A stretch of 24,000 bases of DNA, from assembly GCA_014960805.1 (NCBI GenBank), contig CP063163.1, positions 1,233,584 to 1,257,583 of the forward strand, written 5' to 3'. Shown piece by piece: positions 9,824 through 17,376 of this stretch (its first letter is position 1; the number at the start of each line of letters is the position of its first letter). The translations under genes were made by a program, and so were the position numbers. The DNA is from Litchfieldia suaedae. GTDB taxonomy: Bacteria > Bacillota > Bacilli > Bacillales > Bacillaceae_L. The notes under the pieces were generated by a model. That model was given only the letters and a program-made list of their open reading frames with translations. It did no database searches and was not told where the DNA came from.

Positions 9824-9827
9824 GAGT

Positions 9828-9860
9828 AGCGGCAAAATAAGAACGCTTTTTTTGCCGCTA
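9828..9860. terminator. Terminator between convergent ktrC and the DUF4003-like gene
   Basis: AGCGGCAAAA...TTTTTTGCCGCT inverted repeat with T/A tracts. Confidence 0.75.
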
Positions 9861-9867
9861 TATAATC

Positions 9868-10863
9868 TCATGAACTGCTATCCGTTGTTGCCACAGAAGA
9901 TGCGGAAATCATTGCTACCATTGCTGCTTGTTGCGCTTGAATGATGGTCTCCATCGTTGTATACAAACCTGTTTCTAATGAAAGCGAATCCTCAACATAA
10001 TTACTCATAACAAGATGGATAGCTATTGTTAAATTTAAGTCTTTATGCCACTTAAAATGTTTTTCATTAGTAAGATCTTTTGCTAGCTCTAGTGCCAGTT
10101 CATAGGCGTTTAGTCCATCTTCTAGTAAAGAGAGTAAACCAATAGACGGATAATGTTGTCCCTTCGGACTCAACCAGGATGTTTTGAATCCGTCAGCTAA
10201 TGAAGTACACCTCTCAATTAATTTATCCTGAGGAACTCCGTGGTTTAACGCTAAAATATGACTAAGAAATTGTAAGTCATTGCCCCTTCGAAACTCATTT
10301 TTATTCAGTTGCTCATAGAAACTTTCCACTCTGTTCATAAGCTCTTCAATGGAACCTGGTTGATTGGAAAGTAAGACAGCAAGTGGATAATCATTACTTG
10401 ATGTTAAAAAGAAATGATTACTTTTCATCCCGTTATACACTTGCATGATTCTCTTAATACTATCCTCTTGATTGCTATTTAACTCATCTTGAGTCAACAT
10501 AACTAATGCCGCAATATAGGTGAACACACTTCGACTGAACCCATCACTTACTAACTTTTCATAAAGCTCAATAAACTCTTGGAACTTTTCTTTTGGTTGT
10601 TCATAGGGAAGGTCTAGCATAGCAGCTACCGCAAAACGTGTAGATGATTTTAAGGTTGAGAAAAGTCCTACTTGAGCTTTAATATAATCACTCAATTCCA
10701 TAAAACGATTGATATCAAATGAGCGTCCATTTATTGCATACATTGATGCGACCATAAATAAAGTTCGTTGATCACCAACCTTCCAGTGTAATTTATCTCT
10801 TAACTGAGAATAGATATTTTTATAAAGTTGAAGTTTTTGATGACTTGCTTCACGACTAGGCAT
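9868..10863 (-). CDS. DUF4003 family protein
   Basis: 'LYKNIYSQLRDKLHWKVGDQRTLFMVASMYAINGRSFDINRFMELSDYIKAQVGLFSTLKSSTRFAVAAMLD' is typical of DUF4003. Start at ATG10863 is preferred because the GTG at 10878 is part of the SD (GTGAGGT). Confidence 0.8.
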   Translation of the reverse strand: MPSREASHQKLQLYKNIYSQLRDKLHWKVGDQRTLFMVASMYAINGRSFDINRFMELSDYIKAQVGLFSTLKSSTRFAVAAMLDLPYEQPKEKFQEFIELYEKLVSDGFSRSVFTYIAALVMLTQDELNSNQEDSIKRIMQVYNGMKSNHFFLTSSNDYPLAVLLSNQPGSIEELMNRVESFYEQLNKNEFRRGNDLQFLSHILALNHGVPQDKLIERCTSLADGFKTSWLSPKGQHYPSIGLLSLLEDGLNAYELALELAKDLTNEKHFKWHKDLNLTIAIHLVMSNYVEDSLSLETGLYTTMETIIQAQQAAMVAMISASSVATTDSSS

Positions 10864-11006
10864 AGTAAAAGACCTCACTTAGTTTTATATATCTTTTTAC
10901 GGTAAGAACTTCCAATAAGTTTCATTTTATATGACAGGATAGAAATTCGGAACATTTTTCCAATATTTACGTATATATTTGCAATAGGTTTGTGAGGTGA
11001 GAATCG

Positions 11007-11399
11007 ATGTTATATACAGGTGTTCTAGTTTTATATGCTGTAGCAATTGGATTTATAGGGTTTGGGTTGCTTTTAATCCTTACTAGAAGTGGGAAAGAGA
11101 AAGTTTTAAAGACACTGGGTGCTGGGGTAGCGATGTTTATTTTAGCAATGGTCATCATTGAGTTCAGACCAGCTGCAGAAGGAAATATTGTAATTACTGC
11201 TGATGAAGTTGAGCTTCATAACTCAAATGGAAAAGCATCTTGTAATGTTACCGATCAATTGTTAGAACTCACCTATAAGTATGAAGAAGAAGACGAAGGC
11301 AAAGTTAGGAAATTTTGTTCACAATTTGAATTAGGAGAAGATTATACAATTACGTACCGAGTTGATGAAGGCAGTCATTATATTGTTAAAGTGCACTAA
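11007..11399 (+). CDS. Hypothetical protein with two N-terminal TM helices and an extracytoplasmic domain (130 aa)
   Basis: Intact ORF, SD GAGGTGAG upstream of ATG11007. Confidence 0.8.
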   Translation: MLYTGVLVLYAVAIGFIGFGLLLILTRSGKEKVLKTLGAGVAMFILAMVIIEFRPAAEGNIVITADEVELHNSNGKASCNVTDQLLELTYKYEEEDEGKVRKFCSQFELGEDYTITYRVDEGSHYIVKVH

Positions 11400-11506
11400 A
11401 GACACTTTCAGACTAGAACTCTCTGTGAAAATCAATCTATAATCTATACTTTTTAGGCAAAAAAAGATATAATTTAAGTTAATCTTAAGGAGGAGGTGGA
11501 TAGGAA

Positions 11507-11611
11507 TTGGACGATGACGAATCTGAGGGTACGAGTAACAATGTAACAACACTATGGATTAATATAAAAACCAGAGTGTATATTCAATCAATTTATTATA
11601 GACGGCAATGA
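11507..11611 (+). CDS. Candidate 34-aa leader peptide/small protein upstream of the CNNM-type transporter (TTG start)
   Basis: (M)DDDESEGTSNNVTTLWINIKTRVYIQSIYYRRQ*; very strong SD AAGGAGGAGGTGG at 11487-11499, 7 nt before TTG; TATAAT-like -10 at 11468-11473. Confidence 0.5.
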   Translation: MDDDESEGTSNNVTTLWINIKTRVYIQSIYYRRQ

Positions 11612-11674
11612 TTTCTCTATGAACTAACTAATCAACCATAAAAAATTGATTAAAAATTTGGAGGATGAATTGTT

Positions 11675-12994
11675 TTGTTTACTGAATTGATGGTTTTATT
11701 TATTCTCATAGTGCTGAATGCCTTTTTTGCAGCATCAGAGATTGCTTTAATTTCGTTAAATGATAATAAAATAAAGGCGATGGCTGAAACTGGTAATAAG
11801 AGAGCTAAATTGTTACACAACCTTTTGAACGAACCTAGTCGCTTCTTAGCCACGATTCAAATTGGGATTACACTTGCCGGCTTTTTAGCGAGTGCATTTG
11901 CTGCAGGAAGCTTTGCTGGTCAATTAGCTCACTATCTATTTAATCTTGGAGTACCTTTATCAGAAAAGGTGCTTGAAACGATTTCTGTTGTACTAATCAC
12001 CGTATTTCTTTCGTTTTTTACGTTAGTGGTTGGTGAATTAGTACCAAAACGTATAGCTATGCAAAAAGCAGAAGCGATTTCCATGTTTGTAGCAGTTCCA
12101 TTAACAATACTGTCTAAAATATCTGCTCCTTTTGTTGCATTATTAACAGTTTCAACTAATGGAATCTTGCGTATTTTTGGTATTGACCCTCACAAGGATA
12201 ATGACAACGTCACTGAGGAAGAAATCAGAATGATGGTTGATGTAGGTGAGGAAAATGGGTCGATACAATCTAGTGAAAAAGTAATGATTAATAATATATT
12301 AGAGTTCAATAATAAACTAGTTTCTGATATTATGACTCACAGAACAAATGTGGTTGGTATATCACTTGAAACCGCGTTTAAGGATGTTGTAAAACTAATT
12401 AACACTGAACAGTATACACGATACCCTGTTTATTCAGATGGAATGGATAACATTGTAGGCATTCTTCATGTTAAAGACATTCTTCAATTCATGGAAAGTG
12501 GAGATGGTCAGGCATTTAGTCTCAAGGAAATGATGAGAACTCCGTATTTTGTTCTTGGATCTAGAAAAACAGATGATTTATTTTTAGATTTACAAAGAAG
12601 TAAAGTTCATATGGCTGTTGTTATCGATGAATATGGTGGGACAGATGGGATAGTCACGATTGAAGATTTAATTGAAGAAATCGTTGGAAATATCTTTGAT
12701 GAGTACGATGAACATGAGGAAGAGAACGAAATTAATAAGCTAGATGACAACACGTTCTTAATGAATGGTACAGTTAGCTTATATGACGTTAGAGATGCTC
12801 TTAAAATTGATCTACCTGTATCGGATTATGATACGTTAAGTGGATTTGTCATTGGGCAGCTTGGAAATATTCCAGTTGTGGAAGATAAATCATTTATTGA
12901 ATTCAACGGAGTATTATTCAATGTAGAGCAAGTGGATGAAAAGCGTATTACAAAAATTAAAGTTGAGATGAACCATATGGTGGAAGCATCTTGA
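11675..12994 (+). CDS. CNNM/hemolysin-C family membrane protein with CBS pair and CorC-HlyC domain
   Basis: 439 aa; N-terminal DUF21 region 'NAFFAASEIALISLNDNKIKAMAETGN..AKLL', CBS domain 'IMTHRTNVVGI...YSDGMDNIVGILHVKD', 'VVIDEYGGTDGIVTIEDLIEEIVGNIFDEYDE', C-terminal transporter-associated domain. TTG start with SD GGAGG. Confidence 0.95.
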   Translation: MFTELMVLFILIVLNAFFAASEIALISLNDNKIKAMAETGNKRAKLLHNLLNEPSRFLATIQIGITLAGFLASAFAAGSFAGQLAHYLFNLGVPLSEKVLETISVVLITVFLSFFTLVVGELVPKRIAMQKAEAISMFVAVPLTILSKISAPFVALLTVSTNGILRIFGIDPHKDNDNVTEEEIRMMVDVGEENGSIQSSEKVMINNILEFNNKLVSDIMTHRTNVVGISLETAFKDVVKLINTEQYTRYPVYSDGMDNIVGILHVKDILQFMESGDGQAFSLKEMMRTPYFVLGSRKTDDLFLDLQRSKVHMAVVIDEYGGTDGIVTIEDLIEEIVGNIFDEYDEHEEENEINKLDDNTFLMNGTVSLYDVRDALKIDLPVSDYDTLSGFVIGQLGNIPVVEDKSFIEFNGVLFNVEQVDEKRITKIKVEMNHMVEAS

Positions 12995-12995
12995 A

Positions 12996-13034
12996 AAAAG
13001 TAAGAGTGTTAGGGATGATTCCTAACACTCTTTT
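12996..13034. terminator. Bidirectional terminator between convergent genes
   Basis: AAGAGTGTTAGGgatgatTCCTAACACTCTTTTT. Confidence 0.92.
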
Positions 13035-13599
13035 TGCTTAAATAAATCATGATAAACTTTGTGAAAATAGCTATTAGAGGATAGATAGTGAAAGAGTAGA
13101 TGTGTTTCCAATTAAGTGTTTGGTAAGCCCCCGTCCATTGGAAAAAAGGCTCAGCTACATAGGAGATAAATGCAGCCAAGAGTATGGCAGTTATAATAAA
13201 TCGTTTGGTCTGTGTAATCCATTGGTAGATGAGCATATATGGAATAATTACTAAAGCTATATCGTATGGATAAAATTGTGGATCTAAATAAGGTGATAAA
13301 CGAATTGGATAAGTCCACAACATCATTTTGGTTCCAATTGAGTCTAAGATGGTTGCAATTGTTCCCAGAAATAGTCCATATGTTATTACTTCAAAGATCT
13401 TTGTTTTATCTAATAAAATCCACCAAATAATAGGTGATATGATTGTTAATATAAGTAACATCCACCAAGTAAGTGTTAGGAAATTGGATTCATACCAATA
13501 TTGTCGTAAAAGATGATAATAAGAAGATTCTGCATCAAATACTTTTTGAAATTCAATGCTCGCAATCATTAGAAAAGTTGAGTTCATAGTGGTCTTCAC
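13009..13599 (-). CDS. CBO0543 family multi-pass membrane protein (putative)
   Basis: 196 aa with ~5 hydrophobic helices and 'WWILLDKTKIFEVITYGLFLGTIATILDSIGTKMMLWTYPIRLSP' typical of CBO0543-type proteins. Confidence 0.75.
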   Translation of the reverse strand: MKTTMNSTFLMIASIEFQKVFDAESSYYHLLRQYWYESNFLTLTWWMLLILTIISPIIWWILLDKTKIFEVITYGLFLGTIATILDSIGTKMMLWTYPIRLSPYLDPQFYPYDIALVIIPYMLIYQWITQTKRFIITAILLAAFISYVAEPFFQWTGAYQTLNWKHIYSFTIYPLIAIFTKFIMIYLSKKSVRNHP

Positions 13600-13653
13600 T
13601 CCTACCTATAGGATGATTCATAAGTAGGAGATTCATTCAATATATTTATAATG

Positions 13654-14082
13654 CTAATGAATCAAACTATCAAGGTGTACAATATGCTGACGATCTTTAT
13701 CCAAGATTGATTCAATTAGAGCTTTGCTTTCTGGGTCAAGGTCACCTTTTACAATTTCCTCTGACATGTGAATACCATATTGGTCTTCACCCTCTTTAGC
13801 GAATTTAATAATGTCCTCGGTTGTGTTCGGAATGGAAAATCCACTCATATAATTTTGAATCGAACCCATGAGGCCTTCATCATCGACTGGCACACCACCA
13901 AGGTTTTGAATACGCTCAGCAACCTGGGATGCATGTTCTTTATGCTCCTGCTGAATTTTTTGAAATTCTATTCTTATTGAGGGATCCTCCAAATGCTTAA
14001 TACAGTGTTCATATTGGTGGATACCCATATACTGTCCTTTTAAAAAGGCATTCAATTCTTTTATCACGATTTCTTGGTTCAT
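13654..14082 (-). CDS. Ferritin-like domain protein (DUF2383-type)
   Basis: 142 aa all-helical, 'LNAFLKGQYMGIHQYEHCIKHLEDPSIRIEFQKIQQEHKEHASQVAERIQNLGG...'. Confidence 0.75.
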   Translation of the reverse strand: MNQEIVIKELNAFLKGQYMGIHQYEHCIKHLEDPSIRIEFQKIQQEHKEHASQVAERIQNLGGVPVDDEGLMGSIQNYMSGFSIPNTTEDIIKFAKEGEDQYGIHMSEEIVKGDLDPESKALIESILDKDRQHIVHLDSLIH

Positions 14083-14255
14083 CTGGCAACATCCTTTCTA
14101 CAAGTAGTTTTTCAGGTTTTGACTAGAAGTATTCTGACTCGGAATAATATTTTAGTTTGAGAAAAAACAGTTATTTCTGTAGATAGACATACTGCAAATG
14201 AACCTATAAAATGAGGTACTATATATAGTAGGAGACAAGAAATAGGGGTGGAGAC

Positions 14256-15239
14256 ATGATACGTTTTGGAATCATAGGAACTAATTGGATTACGGACCGT
14301 TTAATTGATGCTGGGACAAGACTAGATGATTTTCAGGTTACGGCTGTTTATTCAAGGTCAAAGGAAAACGCCAAAGATTTTGCGGCTAGGTATGGGATTA
14401 GAGAGACGTTTACAAACCTTGATGAAATGGCTAAAAGTAATAAAATTGATGCTGTCTATATAGCAAGTCCTAATTCAATGCATGCTACCCAAGCTATCAC
14501 ATTTATGAACCAGGGGAAGCATGTGCTGTGCGAAAAGCCACTTGCTTCAAACACAGCAGAAGTGGATTTGATGATAGAAGCGGCAAAGGCAAACCAAGTC
14601 TTATTAATGGAAGCGATGAAAACCACTCTTTTACCCAATTTCAAAAACATTCAACAGAACTTACATAAACTCGGAAAAATACGTAGATATGTCGGAAACT
14701 TTAGCAAGTACTCATCTAGATATGATGCCTATAAAGAGGGCACTATACTAAATGCTTTTAAACCAGAGTTTTCGAATGGCTCATTAATGGACCTTGGCGT
14801 GTACTGCATATATCCTATGGTTTTGTTATTTGGTAAACCAAACAGTATAAAAGCATCAAGCTATCTACTTGAAACACAAGTAGATGGTGAGGGGAGTTTG
14901 TTGATTGAGTATGATGAAATGGATGCAGTCATCATGCATTCCAAGATTTCTAATTCCTACTCACCATCAGAGATCATTGGGGAAGATGGGAGCATGATTA
15001 TTGATAATATTTCCGAGCCTACAGAAGTAGAGATTCGTTATAAAGATGGCTCTATTGAGGTAATCTCTGAGAAAGATGAGATGCCATCTATGTATTATGA
15101 AATTAAGGAATTTATTGAGCTAATCAAACTGGGCAAATTAGAGTCAGAGGTTAACTCACATCACCACTCTAGGAACACCGCAGAAATCATTGAAATCGCT
15201 AGAAAGCAAACAGGAATTGTGTATCCGGCTGATAAGTAG
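14256..15239 (+). CDS. Gfo/Idh/MocA family oxidoreductase
   Basis: 327 aa; N-terminal Rossmann 'FGIIGTNWITDRLIDAG', 'VYIASPNSMHATQAITFMNQGKHVLCEKPLASNTAE'. Confidence 0.95.
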   Translation: MIRFGIIGTNWITDRLIDAGTRLDDFQVTAVYSRSKENAKDFAARYGIRETFTNLDEMAKSNKIDAVYIASPNSMHATQAITFMNQGKHVLCEKPLASNTAEVDLMIEAAKANQVLLMEAMKTTLLPNFKNIQQNLHKLGKIRRYVGNFSKYSSRYDAYKEGTILNAFKPEFSNGSLMDLGVYCIYPMVLLFGKPNSIKASSYLLETQVDGEGSLLIEYDEMDAVIMHSKISNSYSPSEIIGEDGSMIIDNISEPTEVEIRYKDGSIEVISEKDEMPSMYYEIKEFIELIKLGKLESEVNSHHHSRNTAEIIEIARKQTGIVYPADK

Positions 15240-15264
15240 GGTCTTTTTTGAAGGAGTAAGCAAT

Positions 15265-15804
15265 ATGGAAACAGATATAGTTTATAAATTACTAACAATA
15301 GAAGATTTAACAAATGATGTATTACTAAATTTTCAACGGTATCAGGAGACCAATTTCGTCTGGTTTAAAGAGGATGATCAATATAAAGTAAAGGAAGATT
15401 ACTTTGTTGACTATTGGGATGGAGAGAAGAAGGCCCAAGTTGTCCAATCATTATGTCAATGTATTTTGAACGGTGGGTTTGTCATAGGGTCATTTATAGG
15501 TAAACAGTTAATTGGCTTTGCAAATGTGGAAGGTGAGTTTTTTGGTAAAAATCGAGAATATCTTGAATTATCTTATTTACATGTTTCAAATGAACATAGG
15601 AAATTTGGGGTAGGTAGGAAACTCTTTGAAAAATGTAGTATTGAAGCAAAGAAAAAGGGTGCAAAAAAACTCTATATTGCTGCACATCCTTCAGTTGAAA
15701 CACAGGCCTTTTATCAAAAAGTTGGCTGTACTTATGCTGTCGAGATTAATCAGGAAATACTAGAAAAAGAACCACTTGATATTCAAATGGAATTTGAGTT
15801 GTAG
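15265..15804 (+). CDS. GNAT family N-acetyltransferase
   Basis: Start ATG15265 with SD GAAGGAGT; 'ELSYLHVSNEHRKFGVGRKLFEKCSIEAKKKGAKKLYIAAHPSVETQAFYQKVGCTYA'. Confidence 0.9.
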   Translation: METDIVYKLLTIEDLTNDVLLNFQRYQETNFVWFKEDDQYKVKEDYFVDYWDGEKKAQVVQSLCQCILNGGFVIGSFIGKQLIGFANVEGEFFGKNREYLELSYLHVSNEHRKFGVGRKLFEKCSIEAKKKGAKKLYIAAHPSVETQAFYQKVGCTYAVEINQEILEKEPLDIQMEFEL

Positions 15805-15818
15805 TAAGTGAATACTAA

Positions 15819-15847
15819 AAGACCTTCAAGTTAGAAGGTCTTATTTT
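15819..15847. terminator. Bidirectional terminator between GNAT and rpiA
   Basis: AAGACCTTC aagtta GAAGGTCTT ATTTTT. Confidence 0.85.
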
Positions 15848-16530
15848 TCTATCACACGGATCCCGTCATCTCCACTAACGATTACAATGTCTGTCATATT
15901 CACAAATAATCCTGTTTCAACTACGCCAAGTAATAATTTTAACTGGTTGTGTAAAGCTCCAGGATCAGAAATGGTATTAAATTGACAATCAACAATATAA
16001 TTGCCGTTATTGGTTACAAATATCTCATGATCGTTCATTCTTAGTTTTGGAACACAGCCTAGTTTTGCAATTCGTTCAGCTGTAACCTCCCATCCAAATG
16101 GTACGATTTCAACGGGAAGAGGAAACCTTCCTAGTTGATTGACCATTTTTGATTGGTCAACTACAATGATTAATTTGCGAGCATAATCATCAACGAGTTT
16201 TTCACGTAAAAGTGACCCACCGCCACCTTTTGATAGGTTAAGGTTAGTGTCTACCTCATCGGCGCCATCAATGGCAATATCTAAATAGTCTACATCCTTA
16301 AAATCGATTAGAGGTATGCCAAATTCATTAGCCCAGCCTTCCGTTCGCTTGGATGAAGGAATCCCACGCACTTTCATTCCTTGTTGAATCATTTCACCTA
16401 ATTTTTTTAAGGTCCAGTAAACTGTAGAACCAGATCCTAAACCGACAGTCATGCCATCTTGTACGTATTCAGCCGCTCTTTCACCAACGAGTTTTTTTTG
16501 ATCCTGGTTTTCTTCAAAGTTTTTCTTCAT
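15841..16530 (-). CDS. rpiA: Ribose-5-phosphate isomerase A
   Basis: 229 aa; 'VGLGSGSTVYWTLKKLG', 'IDIAIDGADEVD'-type motif (LDIAIDGADEVDTNLNLSKGGGGSLLREKLVD), 'KLIIVVDQSKMV'. Confidence 0.97.
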   Translation of the reverse strand: MKKNFEENQDQKKLVGERAAEYVQDGMTVGLGSGSTVYWTLKKLGEMIQQGMKVRGIPSSKRTEGWANEFGIPLIDFKDVDYLDIAIDGADEVDTNLNLSKGGGGSLLREKLVDDYARKLIIVVDQSKMVNQLGRFPLPVEIVPFGWEVTAERIAKLGCVPKLRMNDHEIFVTNNGNYIVDCQFNTISDPGALHNQLKLLLGVVETGLFVNMTDIVIVSGDDGIRVIEK

Positions 16531-16638
16531 CTATTCCACCTCTTTGATGATATATCTCTTTTAGTATATACCATATATGAATGAAAGATGGCGGTTTATC
16601 CATACTAACGAGGAAGATAATGATGAGGAGGAATTTTC

Positions 16639-16779
16639 ATGACAAAAAAAGATCAATCACCATCTAATCAAGTTGACCAAAAGGCATTATTAAACGAGAA
16701 GGTAGAAAAAGCAAGAGAGAATAACTTTGAAGGAGACCATATCCGTCAAACAAGCCCAGGTGGGGTTCCGAGACAATAG
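16639..16779 (+). CDS. Small hydrophilic hypothetical protein (46 aa)
   Basis: MTKKDQSPSNQVDQKALLNEKVEKARENNFEGDHIRQTSPGGVPRQ*; SD GAGGAGGAA 5-6 nt upstream; below the ORF track size limit. Confidence 0.65.
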   Translation: MTKKDQSPSNQVDQKALLNEKVEKARENNFEGDHIRQTSPGGVPRQ

Positions 16780-16843
16780 AAAGAATTGATTATTAGTTAA
16801 AGTAACCCAGTACTAAACCTCATGTACTATGTACAAAGAAACA

Positions 16844-16967
16844 TTATTCGCTAGAATTCACGAGACTCCTGCGGGATATCCGGAGTGTCAAAGGGAGACC
16901 CCGCAGGCGCTTGCGCCGAGGAGGCTCCCGGGACCGCCCGCGAAAACGAGTGAATTCTAGCGAATAA
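16844..16967 (-). repeat. Dispersed GC-rich palindromic element, copy 2
   Basis: Perfect 18-bp terminal inverted repeat TTATTCGCTAGAATTCAC (16844-16861)/GTGAATTCTAGCGAATAA (16950-16967); core matches copy 1 in inverted orientation. Confidence 0.9.
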
Positions 16968-17035
16968 CAGCCGAAGTATATATTAGACACTATATGCTGA
17001 GTACCTTTTAAAGTAAGAAAAATATGCAAAGATGA

Positions 17036-17065
17036 TTGACAAAATGGAAATAAAAAACATATACT
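17036..17065 (+). promoter_or_regulatory. Sigma-A-like promoter for the VmlR-like gene leader
   Basis: TTGACA (17036-17041), 18-nt spacer, TATACT (17060-17065). Confidence 0.7.
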
Positions 17066-17238
17066 TTGTTTACTAATAGTTGAAGGGAATGGAAAAAAGG
17101 ACCGATGAAGTTATAATCTTATTTTCTTACTCATTTTTCAATTGAAGAAAAATTTGTAGCTTAGAGAATAGGATTAGTCTGTCTATTTTTACCATTTCAA
17201 TAAAACAAAGATACATGTGTAGGTGGGTTGAAACGTTA

Positions 17239-17280
17239 ATGATTGCGTTTTACCTTAATTTCATGCTATCTATTTTTTGA
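17239..17280 (+). promoter_or_regulatory. uORF encoding a candidate leader peptide MIAFYLNFMLSIF
   Basis: ATG GAT-free 13-codon ORF with SD-like AGGTGGG at 17221-17227, stopping at 17280, ~22 nt before the terminator stem. Confidence 0.55.
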
Positions 17281-17302
17281 TATGTATAAAAATTGCCATG
17301 AC

Positions 17303-17337
17303 AGCCTCTCTAGGTTACTTCACTAGAGAGGCTTTTT
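17303..17337 (+). terminator. Intrinsic terminator / attenuator in the 5' leader of the VmlR-like gene
   Basis: AGCCTCTCTAG gttacttca CTAGAGAGGCT TTTTC, located between the promoter and the CDS. Confidence 0.85.
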
Positions 17338-17376
17338 CGTGTCCTCTTTAGAAGACTTTAACTAGAGGTGTTATTT

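Noticed and set aside
13328-13516. 62-aa + ORF inside the CBO0543-like gene
   Set aside because: Antisense overlap without SD; the host gene frame is convincing.
16844-17029. 61-aa + strand ORF
   Set aside because: Composed of the repeat element sequence (copy 2); spurious.
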